Part shown: in pieces, positions 1-9,418 of the stretch
How the letters are laid out: the number at the start of each line of letters is the position of its first letter
Numbering within the stretch: the stretch's first letter is position 1
Source: an uncultured Coxiellaceae bacterium
Lineage (GTDB): Bacteria; Pseudomonadota; Gammaproteobacteria; DSM-16500
Direction: 5' to 3'
Length of the DNA stretch: 31,148 nucleotides
NCBI GenBank assembly: GCA_964511095.1
Contig: CAZEEF010000002.1
Span: 1 to 31,148, forward strand
The notes under the pieces: model-generated
Databases searched by the model: none
Told to the model about the DNA's origin: nothing
What the model saw: only the letters and a program-made list of their open reading frames with translations
Made by a program: the position numbers and the translations under genes

Positions 1-264
1 GCAAAAATAACCAAATCCAAATGGCCTCCTTATTGTTTACAACATCCACAATTATTTAATGGCGAATCCATGACAACCTTTTTGCAAAAAATGGGGTTCA
101 ATGAAGTGGTTTGTCAGAAAAGTTATAATTATTTTCCTGTCATGTATTTAATGAAGCATGTCTTGTTTTTATTAGGTATTAAAAAGTTGCCGTTACCACG
201 GTTGGATCAGTTTCAGCTCGGGCTTAAACTCGGTAATATGATTACGACCGCAAAATTTGTTTAA
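1..264 (+). CDS. C-terminal part of a probable class I SAM-dependent methyltransferase (5' truncated by window edge)
   Basis: Frame is open from base 1 (AKITKSKWPPYCLQHPQLFNGESMTTFLQKMGF...) to TAA at 262-264. The H-x-x-x-F ... L-x-x-x-GF pattern resembles the C-terminus of Methyltransf_23-type proteins in glycan loci; the SAM motif would lie outside the window. Confidence 0.45.
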   Translation, partial: AKITKSKWPPYCLQHPQLFNGESMTTFLQKMGFNEVVCQKSYNYFPVMYLMKHVLFLLGIKKLPLPRLDQFQLGLKLGNMITTAKFV

Positions 265-330
265 TGTTAACTACGCATTGTTTTTACAAGAATTTTGTAT
301 GAATTTGTTTAAAAAAAATAAACTAAAAAC

Positions 331-359
331 TTGTATTTTATTACACGACAAATTACGCT
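331..359 (+). promoter_or_regulatory. Possible sigma70 promoter upstream of rfbF
   Basis: TTGTAT (331-336), 17 nt spacer, TACGCT (354-359), preceded by an A-rich tract in the 130 nt intergenic gap. Weak match, in AT-rich DNA. Confidence 0.25.
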
Positions 360-393
360 AACGCTTTTTGCAGCACAAATTCAGGATCCATTG

Positions 394-1158
394 ATGAAAG
401 CAGTCATACTAGCAGGTGGTTTAGGCACCCGAATCAGCGAAGAAACCGCTATTCGTCCTAAACCCATGGTTGAAATCGGAGGAAAACCCATCCTCTGGCA
501 TATCATGAAAATCTATTCTTCCTTTAATATTCATGACTTTGTAATCTGTCTTGGTTACAAAGGCTATATCATCAAAGAATATTTCGCGAATTACTTTCTA
601 CATACCTCAGACGTCACTTTTAATATAGCCCAGAATGCCATGGAAGTTCATCAAGGCAATGCTGAGCCTTGGAAGGTCACTCTGGTGGACACCGGCGAAC
701 ACACCATGACAGGCGGGCGCTTGAAAAAAGTGGCCAGGTATCTTGATGATGATTTTTGCTTAACCTACGGCGATGGTGTCGCTGACGTTAATATCGATGA
801 ATTAATCAAATTTCACCGACAACACGGTCGTTTGGCAACCATGACAGCGACACAACCTCCCGGTCGATTTGGCTCCCTCTCTTTGAAAGGTGAAACGGTT
901 TCTGGGTTTCGTGAAAAACCGGATGGAGATGGTGGTTGGATTAATGGAGGTTTTTTTGTATTATCTCCGAAAGTTATTGATTATATTAAAGATGATTCAA
1001 CACTTTGGGAGCGTGAACCCCTGGAACAATTAGCAAATGACGGTCAACTGTCTGCTCATCTACACCAAGGTTTCTGGCAACCCATGGATACCTTGCGCGA
1101 TAAAACTTTTTTAGAAGAACTTTGGATCAGTGGTAAGGCGCCATGGAAGATTTGGTAA
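394..1158 (+). CDS. rfbF: Glucose-1-phosphate cytidylyltransferase
   Basis: [44 protein letters not shown] and terminal APWKIW are typical of RfbF/DdhA. Start moved to ATG 394 (AGGA at 383-386) from the track's TTG 331. Confidence 0.95.
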   Translation: MKAVILAGGLGTRISEETAIRPKPMVEIGGKPILWHIMKIYSSFNIHDFVICLGYKGYIIKEYFANYFLHTSDVTFNIAQNAMEVHQGNAEPWKVTLVDTGEHTMTGGRLKKVARYLDDDFCLTYGDGVADVNIDELIKFHRQHGRLATMTATQPPGRFGSLSLKGETVSGFREKPDGDGGWINGGFFVLSPKVIDYIKDDSTLWEREPLEQLANDGQLSAHLHQGFWQPMDTLRDKTFLEELWISGKAPWKIW

Positions 1159-2216
1159 AATTTTGGAAAGGCAAAAATGTACTTATCACTGGACATACCG
1201 GTTTTAAGGGAAGTTGGCTGACGCTTTGGCTTTCCGAACTACAAGCCAATGTGGTAGGATATGCGCAAAATCCGCCCACTGAGATCAATTTATTTGACCT
1301 CACTCAAGCGAAAACAAGATTAAAAGAAGATATTCGGCAGGACATACGTGATTTTGATGCATTGAATCTTGTCATAAAAAACCATCAACCTGAGATTATT
1401 TTTCATATGGCAGCACAACCGTTGGTTCGTTATTCCTATGAGAACCCTGTTGAAACCTATGCCACGAATGTGATGGGAACGGTTAATTTACTGGAAGCCG
1501 TTAGACAAAATAATTGTGTCAAAACAATTGTTAATGTCACAACGGATAAGTGTTACGAAAACAAAGAATGGCATTGGGGATATCGTGAAGATGAACCCAT
1601 GGGCGGGCATGATCCTTATAGTAATAGCAAAGGGTGTGCAGAATTGGTAACAAGTGCCTATAGAAAGTCTTATTTTGGTGCTAACAATAAAGTAGGTCTG
1701 GCGTCAGCTCGAGCTGGAAATGTGATCGGTGGGGGAGATTGGGCGTTAGATCGTCTTATTCCTGATCTCATTATGGCGTGTATTAGGAACGAAACGGTCA
1801 ATATCCGATATCCAAACGCCATTAGACCTTGGCAGCATGTATTGGAGCCATTATCAGGTTATTTGCATTTGGCAAAAGCTTTGCATGAACAACCTGCAGT
1901 ATTTGCTGAAGCGTGGAATTTTGGCCCAGATCCTTTGGATGCGAAACCTGTCAGATGGCTTGCGGATGAAATGATTAAATTATGGGGTGGAACAAATCGC
2001 TGGGAATGTGTGAATTCGGACGTTCATGAAGCCACTTATCTTAAGCTCGATTGTTCAAAAGCAAACGCAAAATTGAATTGGTCAGCTAAATGGGATATTC
2101 AACAAGCGCTTAAAGCCACCGTAGACTGGTATCACGCATATCACCAAAAGAAAGATATGCAACAATTTACTGTGCAGCAAATTCATGCATATATGAACTC
2201 ATCTTTTAAAGGGTAG
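1143..2216 (+). CDS. rfbG: CDP-glucose 4,6-dehydratase
   Basis: [61 protein letters not shown]; directly follows rfbF. Confidence 0.95.
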   Translation: MEDLVKFWKGKNVLITGHTGFKGSWLTLWLSELQANVVGYAQNPPTEINLFDLTQAKTRLKEDIRQDIRDFDALNLVIKNHQPEIIFHMAAQPLVRYSYENPVETYATNVMGTVNLLEAVRQNNCVKTIVNVTTDKCYENKEWHWGYREDEPMGGHDPYSNSKGCAELVTSAYRKSYFGANNKVGLASARAGNVIGGGDWALDRLIPDLIMACIRNETVNIRYPNAIRPWQHVLEPLSGYLHLAKALHEQPAVFAEAWNFGPDPLDAKPVRWLADEMIKLWGGTNRWECVNSDVHEATYLKLDCSKANAKLNWSAKWDIQQALKATVDWYHAYHQKKDMQQFTVQQIHAYMNSSFKG

Positions 2217-2226
2217 GAAAAAGACA

Positions 2227-3447
2227 ATGAAAGAAAATTATTTAAATGTTCCTTACGGTAAAACAGTCCACGGTGAAGAAGAAATTGAAGCGGTGGTGAA
2301 AGTATTACGCACGTCGACACAGATGGGTTTGCATGTGCGCGAAATGGAAAACAAAGTCGCTGCACAATTTGCGAAAAAACACGGTATTATGGTTAACTCC
2401 GGATCGAGCGCAAATTATTTGGCGATTGAAATTTTAGATTTACCGGCAGGTTCTGAAGTCATTACACCCGTTTTAACATTTTCAACCACCGTGGCTCCTT
2501 TAGTGAAAAATGGTCTGGTTCCTGTTTTTATCGATGTTGAACCCGGCACATTTAATATTGATGCCAATAAAGTGGAAGCGATGATTACACCCAATACGCG
2601 GTTGATGATGATTCCTAATTTATTAGGTAACTTGCCTGACTGGAAAAAATTGCGTGAAATTGCGGATCGTCACAATTTGATTGTCATAGAAGATTCCGCA
2701 GACACCCTCGGCGCAACCATTGCTGGCGAATCTGTGGGTAAAATGACAGACGTCAGTACCACCAGTTTTTATGGTTCTCATGTGATTAATTGCGCGGGTA
2801 ATGGCGGTATGCTGTGTGTCAATACCGATCAGCTTGCCAATCGCGCAAAATTATTGCGAAGCTGGGGTAGAAGTTCTTCGTTATTTGTTGAATCGGAAGC
2901 CATTGAAAATCGGTTTAACGTTCAAGTCGATGGAATGGATTATGATGCTAAATTTCTTTTTGAAGCATTAGGATATAACTGGGAACCTTCTGAAATGGGT
3001 GCGGCATTTGGTTTGGTCCAACTGAACAAATTACAAAATAATATTTCACTTCGTGAAGATGCTTTCAAAAAACATACGGAATTTTTTAGTCGATTTCAGG
3101 AATGGTTTATTTTACCAAAACAATTACCACAATCGCGAACAGGCTGGTTGGCTTTTGCATTAACCTTGAAAAACAATGCGCCGTTTACGCGTAAAGAATT
3201 ACAAATCTTTCTGGAAAAACGTAACATTCAAACCCGTACGGTATTCACAGGCAATATTTTACGTCAGCCTGGATTTAAAAATATTAAACACCGTGAAAGT
3301 CCGGAAGGATATGCCTATGCAGATCAAGTCATGCGTGGTGGAATGTTGTTAGGTTGTCATCATGGCTTAACGCCTGAAATGATGGCTCACATTCACCAAT
3401 CCTTTGAAGAATTTGCAAAATCTTATGTGGGGTTGGCTATTAGCTAA
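2227..3447 (+). CDS. PLP/PMP-dependent NDP-4-keto-6-deoxyhexose 3-dehydratase, RfbH/ColD-like (DegT/DnrJ fold)
   Basis: NSGSSAN, IEDSADTLG, SFYGSHVIN with His at the position of the usual Schiff-base Lys, LRSWGR, GYN..P.EM.AA.GL.QL; follows rfbFG. Confidence 0.8.
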   Translation: MKENYLNVPYGKTVHGEEEIEAVVKVLRTSTQMGLHVREMENKVAAQFAKKHGIMVNSGSSANYLAIEILDLPAGSEVITPVLTFSTTVAPLVKNGLVPVFIDVEPGTFNIDANKVEAMITPNTRLMMIPNLLGNLPDWKKLREIADRHNLIVIEDSADTLGATIAGESVGKMTDVSTTSFYGSHVINCAGNGGMLCVNTDQLANRAKLLRSWGRSSSLFVESEAIENRFNVQVDGMDYDAKFLFEALGYNWEPSEMGAAFGLVQLNKLQNNISLREDAFKKHTEFFSRFQEWFILPKQLPQSRTGWLAFALTLKNNAPFTRKELQIFLEKRNIQTRTVFTGNILRQPGFKNIKHRESPEGYAYADQVMRGGMLLGCHHGLTPEMMAHIHQSFEEFAKSYVGLAIS

Positions 3448-3449
3448 AT

Positions 3450-3857
3450 ATGCAGAGTACGAAACGCCAATTTTTTCTTTTTTTAATCATAGGAGCCATG
3501 AATACGCTTTTTGGGTATTCATGCTTTGCTTTTTTTATTTTTCTTGGGTTTCATTACGCCATTGCGTCATGCCTGGCTTATTGCTTCGGTATTATTTTTA
3601 ATTTTCACACGCTTGGAAAAATCGTATTTAAAAATTTTAACTTGAAGTTAATTTTTAAATTCGTCGGTGTTTATATTTTTTTATATTGTTTGAACGTGAC
3701 AATCATCAAATCGTTACAAGTTTTTTCGAGTAATTATTATTTAACGGGATTTCTTGCAGTGATGCCTGTTGCCATGGTTGCCTTTATTTTAAATAAATAT
3801 GTAGTTTTTAGAGATAAAAATGAAACGAATCAGTATAGTCACAGCCTGTTACAATGA
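3450..3857 (+). CDS. GtrA-family small membrane protein (putative polyprenol-phosphate-sugar flippase)
   Basis: 135 aa, about four hydrophobic segments, RQF..F..IG..NT..GY start and F.LNK..VF end typical of GtrA. Confidence 0.85.
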   Translation: MQSTKRQFFLFLIIGAMNTLFGYSCFAFFIFLGFHYAIASCLAYCFGIIFNFHTLGKIVFKNFNLKLIFKFVGVYIFLYCLNVTIIKSLQVFSSNYYLTGFLAVMPVAMVAFILNKYVVFRDKNETNQYSHSLLQ

Positions 3858-4758
3858 AGAAGAAAATATTGAAGATGTTTATCAGCAAGTAAAACAGGTT
3901 TTTGCTGAATTGCCGCAATATGCGTATGAACATATCTTTATTGATAATTCTTCATCAGACAATACAGTGTCTATTTTAAAAAAAATGGCAGCTACTGATA
4001 AAAATATTAAAATTATTGTCAATTCGCGCAACTTTGGTCATATCCGCTCTCCGTCGCACGCACTGTTACAGGCAAAAGGGGACGCAGTTATTTCAATAGT
4101 GGCTGACTTACAAGACCCCCCTCAAATGATTAAAACCTTTCTTGAAAAGTGGGAGCAGGGCTTCAAAATTGTCATTGGTGTTAAACCGGCGAGTGCCGAA
4201 TCGAAATGGATGTTTACCATTCGTCGTTTATACTATCATTTTATCTCTCGCATATCGGATGTGAAGCTCATCAAAAATTTTACGGGATTTGGCTTATATG
4301 ACCAGGAAATTATAAAAATCCTGCGCACTTATGATGACCCTTATCCCTATTTTCGCGGGCTGATTGCAGAAATAGGTTTTGAAATTGCAGAAATTCCCTA
4401 TTCGCAACCGGTGCGGAAAAGAGGGATTACAAAAAATAATTTTTACACTTACTATGATATGGCGATGTTAGGTATTACCAGTTATTCAAAAATACCTTTG
4501 CGTCTTGCCACGATGCTTGGTTTTATTTTATCAATCGTGAGTCTCGCCATTTCATTTAGCTATCTCGTCGCAAAACTTATTTTTTGGAATCACTTTAATG
4601 TAGGAACAGCGCCTATTCTGATTGGCTTATTTTTCTTTTCGTCCATTCAATTATTTTTTATTGGTTTGCTGGGAGAATATGTGGCGACGATTCACACGCG
4701 TGTCATCAAACGTCCTTTGGTGATTGAAAAGGAACGAATTAATTTTATTGAAAACTAA
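3820..4758 (+). CDS. GT2 polyprenol-phosphate glycosyltransferase, GtrB-like
   Basis: ISIVTACYNEEENI, IDNSSSDNT, SRNFGH, ADLQDPP, two C-terminal TM helices, GLLGEYV ... RP; adjacent to GtrA. Confidence 0.9.
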   Translation: MKRISIVTACYNEEENIEDVYQQVKQVFAELPQYAYEHIFIDNSSSDNTVSILKKMAATDKNIKIIVNSRNFGHIRSPSHALLQAKGDAVISIVADLQDPPQMIKTFLEKWEQGFKIVIGVKPASAESKWMFTIRRLYYHFISRISDVKLIKNFTGFGLYDQEIIKILRTYDDPYPYFRGLIAEIGFEIAEIPYSQPVRKRGITKNNFYTYYDMAMLGITSYSKIPLRLATMLGFILSIVSLAISFSYLVAKLIFWNHFNVGTAPILIGLFFFSSIQLFFIGLLGEYVATIHTRVIKRPLVIEKERINFIEN

Positions 4759-4760
4759 TT

Positions 4761-5804
4761 ATGCTGACCACTGATCTGGAATATATTTTAAAAGCCACAA
4801 CGCCTTTATGGGAAGGGTTGCGCAACCGGTCTATTTTCATTTCGGGCGGAACTGGATTTTTCGGTACGTGGTTGTTAGAAAGTATTGTTTGGGCTAATCG
4901 GCACTTGAATTTAAATACTTCAGCGATGGTTTTAACGCGAAATCCTGCTGCGTTTCAACAAAAATGTCCGCATCTTTTTAGAGAATCCTGTTTGGAATTT
5001 TATGAAGGTGATATTAAAAATTTTACATTTCCCGACAAAAAATTTTCTCACATCATTCATGCTGCAACGGATGCGAGTGCAGCGTTAAATAAAAATAATC
5101 CGATTGCGATGTACAAAACCATTTTAGATGGTACACAGCGAATTTTAGAATTTTCAGTCAGAGCGGATGTCTCTCATTTTTTATTTTTAAGCTCCGGTGC
5201 CGTTTATGGAAGACAGCCGCTAGAGCTCAGTCATATTTCAGAAGATTATCCCGCTTCTTTTGAATGCCATTCTTCAGCGTATGCCAGTGGAAAACAGGCC
5301 GCTGAAAACCTATGTCACTTGTATGCCAAACAACATGGAATAGCGATTAAAATCGCACGCTGTTTTGCATTTGTAGGACCGTACTTGCCTTTGGATATCC
5401 ACTTTGCGATAGGAAATTTTATTCGTGATGGTTTAAATGGCAAATCTATCCATATTGGAGGAGACGGGACGCCATTACGATCCTATTTATACGCGGCAGA
5501 TTTGATGATTTGGTTGTTGACCATATTATTTAAAGGCGAGTCGCTTCGGCCGTACAACGTCGGATCGGATGAAGCATATACTATTGCAGAGATTGCAGGC
5601 TTGGTTGCACACAATTTTGGTCCAACGGTTGAAGTTAAAATTGCGAAAGCGGCGGATCCCACAGTCCTGCCTGAACGTTATATTCCTGACATCACACGAG
5701 CGCATCGAGAATTGGGATTGTCACCACTGATCGGGTTATCTGAAGCGATTAAACGAACAAAAACATGGTATCAACAAAAGCAAGTAGAGGTTGTCAATGA
5801 TTAA
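4761..5804 (+). CDS. NAD-dependent epimerase/dehydratase (extended SDR)
   Basis: ISGGTGFFG, SSGAVYG, YASGK (YxxxK), RCFAFVGP, GDGTPLRSYLY. Confidence 0.88.
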   Translation: MLTTDLEYILKATTPLWEGLRNRSIFISGGTGFFGTWLLESIVWANRHLNLNTSAMVLTRNPAAFQQKCPHLFRESCLEFYEGDIKNFTFPDKKFSHIIHAATDASAALNKNNPIAMYKTILDGTQRILEFSVRADVSHFLFLSSGAVYGRQPLELSHISEDYPASFECHSSAYASGKQAAENLCHLYAKQHGIAIKIARCFAFVGPYLPLDIHFAIGNFIRDGLNGKSIHIGGDGTPLRSYLYAADLMIWLLTILFKGESLRPYNVGSDEAYTIAEIAGLVAHNFGPTVEVKIAKAADPTVLPERYIPDITRAHRELGLSPLIGLSEAIKRTKTWYQQKQVEVVND

Positions 5805-7605
5805 AGTCAGTGATTACATCGCGAATTTTCTTAGCGATTCCGGTATACGCCACGTTTACATGCTCACAGGCGGTGGTGCAATGCATTTAAATAATTCATT
5901 AGGAAAACATCCTCATCTAAAAGTGATTTTTAATCATCATGAACAAGCGTCAGCGATGGCAGCAGAAAGTCATGCGCGTTTAACTAACGAATTGCCTGTC
6001 ATTAATGTGACAACCGGTCCGGGTGGTATTAATACATTAAATGGCGTTTTTGGTGCCTGGACGGATTCTATTCCCATGTTTGTTTTATCAGGGCAAGTCC
6101 GTTATGACACAACTATCGCGAGCACAGGTTTTAATATCCGACAGTTAGGTGACCAGGAATGTGAAATTATTCCTTGCGTAAAACCGATTACCAAATATGC
6201 AGTGAGTGTAGAAGATCCCTTATTTATTAAATATCACTTACAAAAAGCATTGTTTCTCGCCAAACAGGGAAGACCTGGTCCTGTTTGGGTCGATGTACCG
6301 ATGAATGTGCAAGGTACTTTTATCGATGAAACCAAATTAGTTGAATTCGATCCCTCAACGTATTTCCCAAAAATCCCATTGGTTGAAACCGCTAAAATCA
6401 ATTCTATTTTAGAAAAAATAGCAGAAGCTAAACGACCTCTTATTATTGCGGGTGGCGGCGTTCGAATTTCAGGCGCGCATGCTTTATTTTTAAAATTTAT
6501 TGAAAAGTTGAATATTCCAGTCACTACCGCATGGAATGCGCATGATGTGTTACACGATGATCATCCATTATATATCGGGCGTCCAGGGACAGTGGGTGAC
6601 CGCGCTGGCAATTTCGCAGTACAAAATTGCGATCTGCTATTAATATTAGGAAGTCGTTTGAACGTTCGCCAAATTGGTTATAACTGGAAAACATTCGCAA
6701 GAGCGGCTTTTAAAATAATGGTAGATATTGATCCTCTAGAGATGATCAAACCTACGTTACAAATTGATATGCCAGTTCATGCGCATCTTGAAGATTTCAT
6801 GACAAAAATGATGACCGGACTCGATCAAAAAGTCATAAACCCAAAATCAGAATGGATAGACTGGTGTCTTGAAAGAAAAAAACGTTACCCCGTCGTATTG
6901 GATGAATATTGGAAAAATGAAACAGCCATCAATCCTTATTGCTTTATGAAAACACTCAGTGAGCATTTGCCAGAAGGGCAAGTCATTGTGACGGGTGATG
7001 GCACTGCGTGTGTGACTTCTTTTCAAGCGATGCAGCTTAAAAAGGGCCAGCGACTTTATACCAACTCAGGTTCTGCTTCGATGGGGTATGATTTACCCGC
7101 CGCGATTGGTGCCTGTGTTGCTTCAGGGTATCAACGAATTATCTGTTTTGCTGGGGATGGCAGCATCCAGCAAAATATACAAGAATTAGCAACGATTTCT
7201 TATAATCGTTATCCCATTAAACTTTTTGTATTAAATAATAATGGATATCATTCCATCCGACAGACACAGACCAATTTTTTTGGAACACCTTTAGTGGGTG
7301 TGGGTCCTGAAAGTGGGTTAGGTTTTCCGAATTTTGAAAAATTAGCACATGCGTATGATTTACCTTATGTTCGTTTAGAGCAGCATGCAGAAATGAATAA
7401 TCTGTTTGAGTCATTTCTACAAGAAGAGGGACCTGGTATCTGTGAAGTGATGCTCACTCTCGAGCAGCAATTTGCCCCGAAATCCAGTTCGAAAAGACTG
7501 GCTTGTGGACGGATGGTATCAAAACCGTTAGAAGACCTCGCGCCATTTTTAAGTCGGGAAGAGTTGACAGAAAATATGTTAATCGATTTGATACCAGAGG
7601 AATAA
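5797..7605 (+). CDS. Thiamine-diphosphate-dependent enzyme, acetolactate-synthase fold (YerE-like carboligase candidate)
   Basis: HHEQASAMAAE, TTGPG, RPGPVWVDVP, GSMG-like ASMGYDLPAAIGA and GDG...NN ThDP motif. ATG 5797 has GAGG 6 nt upstream. Confidence 0.88.
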   Translation: MIKVSDYIANFLSDSGIRHVYMLTGGGAMHLNNSLGKHPHLKVIFNHHEQASAMAAESHARLTNELPVINVTTGPGGINTLNGVFGAWTDSIPMFVLSGQVRYDTTIASTGFNIRQLGDQECEIIPCVKPITKYAVSVEDPLFIKYHLQKALFLAKQGRPGPVWVDVPMNVQGTFIDETKLVEFDPSTYFPKIPLVETAKINSILEKIAEAKRPLIIAGGGVRISGAHALFLKFIEKLNIPVTTAWNAHDVLHDDHPLYIGRPGTVGDRAGNFAVQNCDLLLILGSRLNVRQIGYNWKTFARAAFKIMVDIDPLEMIKPTLQIDMPVHAHLEDFMTKMMTGLDQKVINPKSEWIDWCLERKKRYPVVLDEYWKNETAINPYCFMKTLSEHLPEGQVIVTGDGTACVTSFQAMQLKKGQRLYTNSGSASMGYDLPAAIGACVASGYQRIICFAGDGSIQQNIQELATISYNRYPIKLFVLNNNGYHSIRQTQTNFFGTPLVGVGPESGLGFPNFEKLAHAYDLPYVRLEQHAEMNNLFESFLQEEGPGICEVMLTLEQQFAPKSSSKRLACGRMVSKPLEDLAPFLSREELTENMLIDLIPEE

Positions 7606-7607
7606 AA

Positions 7608-8285
7608 ATGCAAAAAACAGTATTTCTTACAGGTAGTACCGGTGAAATTGGTCAGGCCATTTATCAGAAATTTCTTCTGAATGGGTACCATATGATTGCA
7701 CCGACGCGATCCGAAATGGATTTAGAAAAAAGCGACGATATTGAACGTTTTTTAAATTCCATTCATCAACCGGTTGATGTTTTTATACATTGCGCCGGTT
7801 TTAATGAGCCGAAAACGATCGCAAACATTGCGAAAGAAGATATCCATAAAACAATGCAAATCAATTCGTTTTCGTTTTATGACATGAGTCATTTTTTGGT
7901 AAAAAATAAAAAAATGGCTGAGGATGGGCACATTTTAGGGGTTTCTTCTATTTATGGATTTTTAGGTCGACCGGGTCGTTTTTCCTATTGCGCCGCAAAA
8001 CATTGCGGAAACGGCATGATCAAAACCATAGCGCTTGAGTTAGGTTCGTTAAATATAAAAGTCAATACGATCGCGCCTGGTTTTGTCGACACCAAAATGA
8101 CCAGCAAAAATAATAGTCCTGAAAAAATTGCGACGTTTAAACAAAAAATTCCACTGGCTCGTTTAGCTTCTACAAGCGATATTGCTAATGTAGCCTATTT
8201 TTTATGTTCACCAGAAAATCAATATTTAACAGGCCAGGAAATTATTGTGGATGGTGGTTATTCGATTGGAGGATTTGAATCATGA
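7608..8285 (+). CDS. Short-chain dehydrogenase/reductase (FabG-like classical SDR)
   Basis: MQKTVFLTGSTGEIG, YCAAK, VNTIAPGFVDT, VDGG. Start moved to ATG 7608, just after the ThDP enzyme stop. Confidence 0.9.
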   Translation: MQKTVFLTGSTGEIGQAIYQKFLLNGYHMIAPTRSEMDLEKSDDIERFLNSIHQPVDVFIHCAGFNEPKTIANIAKEDIHKTMQINSFSFYDMSHFLVKNKKMAEDGHILGVSSIYGFLGRPGRFSYCAAKHCGNGMIKTIALELGSLNIKVNTIAPGFVDTKMTSKNNSPEKIATFKQKIPLARLASTSDIANVAYFLCSPENQYLTGQEIIVDGGYSIGGFES

Positions 8286-9373
8286 TGCCTGAGCGTATTT
8301 CTATTCAATCGGGAAGTAAAACGTATCAAGTCGATTTTTTATCAGCGCGTTCTGATATTATCGATTATTTGAAAACACTTAAAAATCCCGTTGTGATTAC
8401 GGATAGACAAATTGAAAATTTGTATCCTGATTTTATCAATGAAATAAAAACTTTCTCGCCGACTTATGCAATTATTGCGAGTGAAGAAAATAAAACACTG
8501 TCGGGCGCAGAATATATTTTGAAACAATTGCAATCCTTAAATGCGACGAAATCGACAACGATTGTGGCCATTGGTGGCGGTATCATTCAGGATATCGTTT
8601 CATTTTGTGCGCATATTTATTATCGCGGTTTGCCTTTTGTTTTTATTCCGACGACATTATTAGCGATGTGCGATAGCTGCATTGGCGGTAAAGCGGGTCT
8701 GAATTTTAATGGTTATAAAAATCAACTGGGTGCATTTCATCCCCCTGAAAAAATTCTTATTTGGTCGGGTTTTGTCAATTCACTTCCGGATGATGCTATA
8801 TATTCGGGTTATGGCGAAATCATTAAGCTCATGTTAATTGAAAGTGAAGAGGCTTATTTAAAAGTCAAAAATACAATAGAAACCGAAGGATTCAAAAATT
8901 CAAAATTATTGGATCATATTTATCAATCATTAGTGATTAAAAAACGTTTTATTGAGGAAGACGAGTTCGATAATGGTGTACGTCGTATTTTGAATTACGG
9001 CCATACACTGGGGCATGCACTTGAGCTTGCAACCCATTATGAAGTACCGCATGGTATTGCGGTGGCGCGTGGGATTGATATGGTGAATTTTATTGCCTGT
9101 GAGAAGGGGCTATTACCGAAAGCCGTTTACGATAATATCCGAACATTTATTCAAACCTATTTTCACTGCGATATGAAGCCCGCTGTTTCGGCGGATGTAT
9201 TGCTGAAAAATGCGGGAAAAGACAAGAAGGTTGTAGAAGGGAAGCTCAATATGATTCTGATGGAAAATTTTGGTCAATTAAACGTCAAACCTGTTTTACT
9301 TGACCAGGCGCTTAATGATATAGTGAGCGCCTATTTAAAAAATAGCCAGGACTTATATTCCTACAGTGTATGA
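8282..9373 (+). CDS. 3-dehydroquinate synthase-like protein (sugar phosphate cyclase superfamily)
   Basis: AIGGGIIQD, YRG, PTTLLA..DS.IGGK, KN..GAF, EIIK, R.ILNYGHTLGHALE, HG.AV, DKK: NAD- and metal-binding residues of AroB-type enzymes are present. Confidence 0.88.
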   Translation: MMPERISIQSGSKTYQVDFLSARSDIIDYLKTLKNPVVITDRQIENLYPDFINEIKTFSPTYAIIASEENKTLSGAEYILKQLQSLNATKSTTIVAIGGGIIQDIVSFCAHIYYRGLPFVFIPTTLLAMCDSCIGGKAGLNFNGYKNQLGAFHPPEKILIWSGFVNSLPDDAIYSGYGEIIKLMLIESEEAYLKVKNTIETEGFKNSKLLDHIYQSLVIKKRFIEEDEFDNGVRRILNYGHTLGHALELATHYEVPHGIAVARGIDMVNFIACEKGLLPKAVYDNIRTFIQTYFHCDMKPAVSADVLLKNAGKDKKVVEGKLNMILMENFGQLNVKPVLLDQALNDIVSAYLKNSQDLYSYSV

Positions 9374-9418
9374 ACGATAGAGATTACGTAAAAGCAATTG
9401 TGAAAAAAGGAGAGTAGA

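Noticed and set aside
331-393. ORF-track N-terminal extension of rfbF from TTG 331 (likewise the extensions at 7503, 15282, 16382, 23986 and 25188)
   Set aside because: Family N-terminal motifs, ribosome binding sites and ATGA overlaps point to the downstream ATGs at 394, 7608, 15291, 16394, 24007 and 25296.
265-393. JUMPstart/ops (RfaH) element upstream of the cluster
   Set aside because: No GGCGGTAG-type ops sequence was seen in this or the other intergenic regions.
5797-7605. Calling the ThDP enzyme a housekeeping acetolactate synthase (ilvB/ilvI)
   Set aside because: No small subunit or ilv neighbours; embedded in and overlapping CDP-sugar genes.
8282-9373. Calling the DHQS-like gene the housekeeping aroB
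   Set aside because: No aroK or shikimate context and it is coupled to sugar genes; cannot be fully excluded without the rest of the genome.
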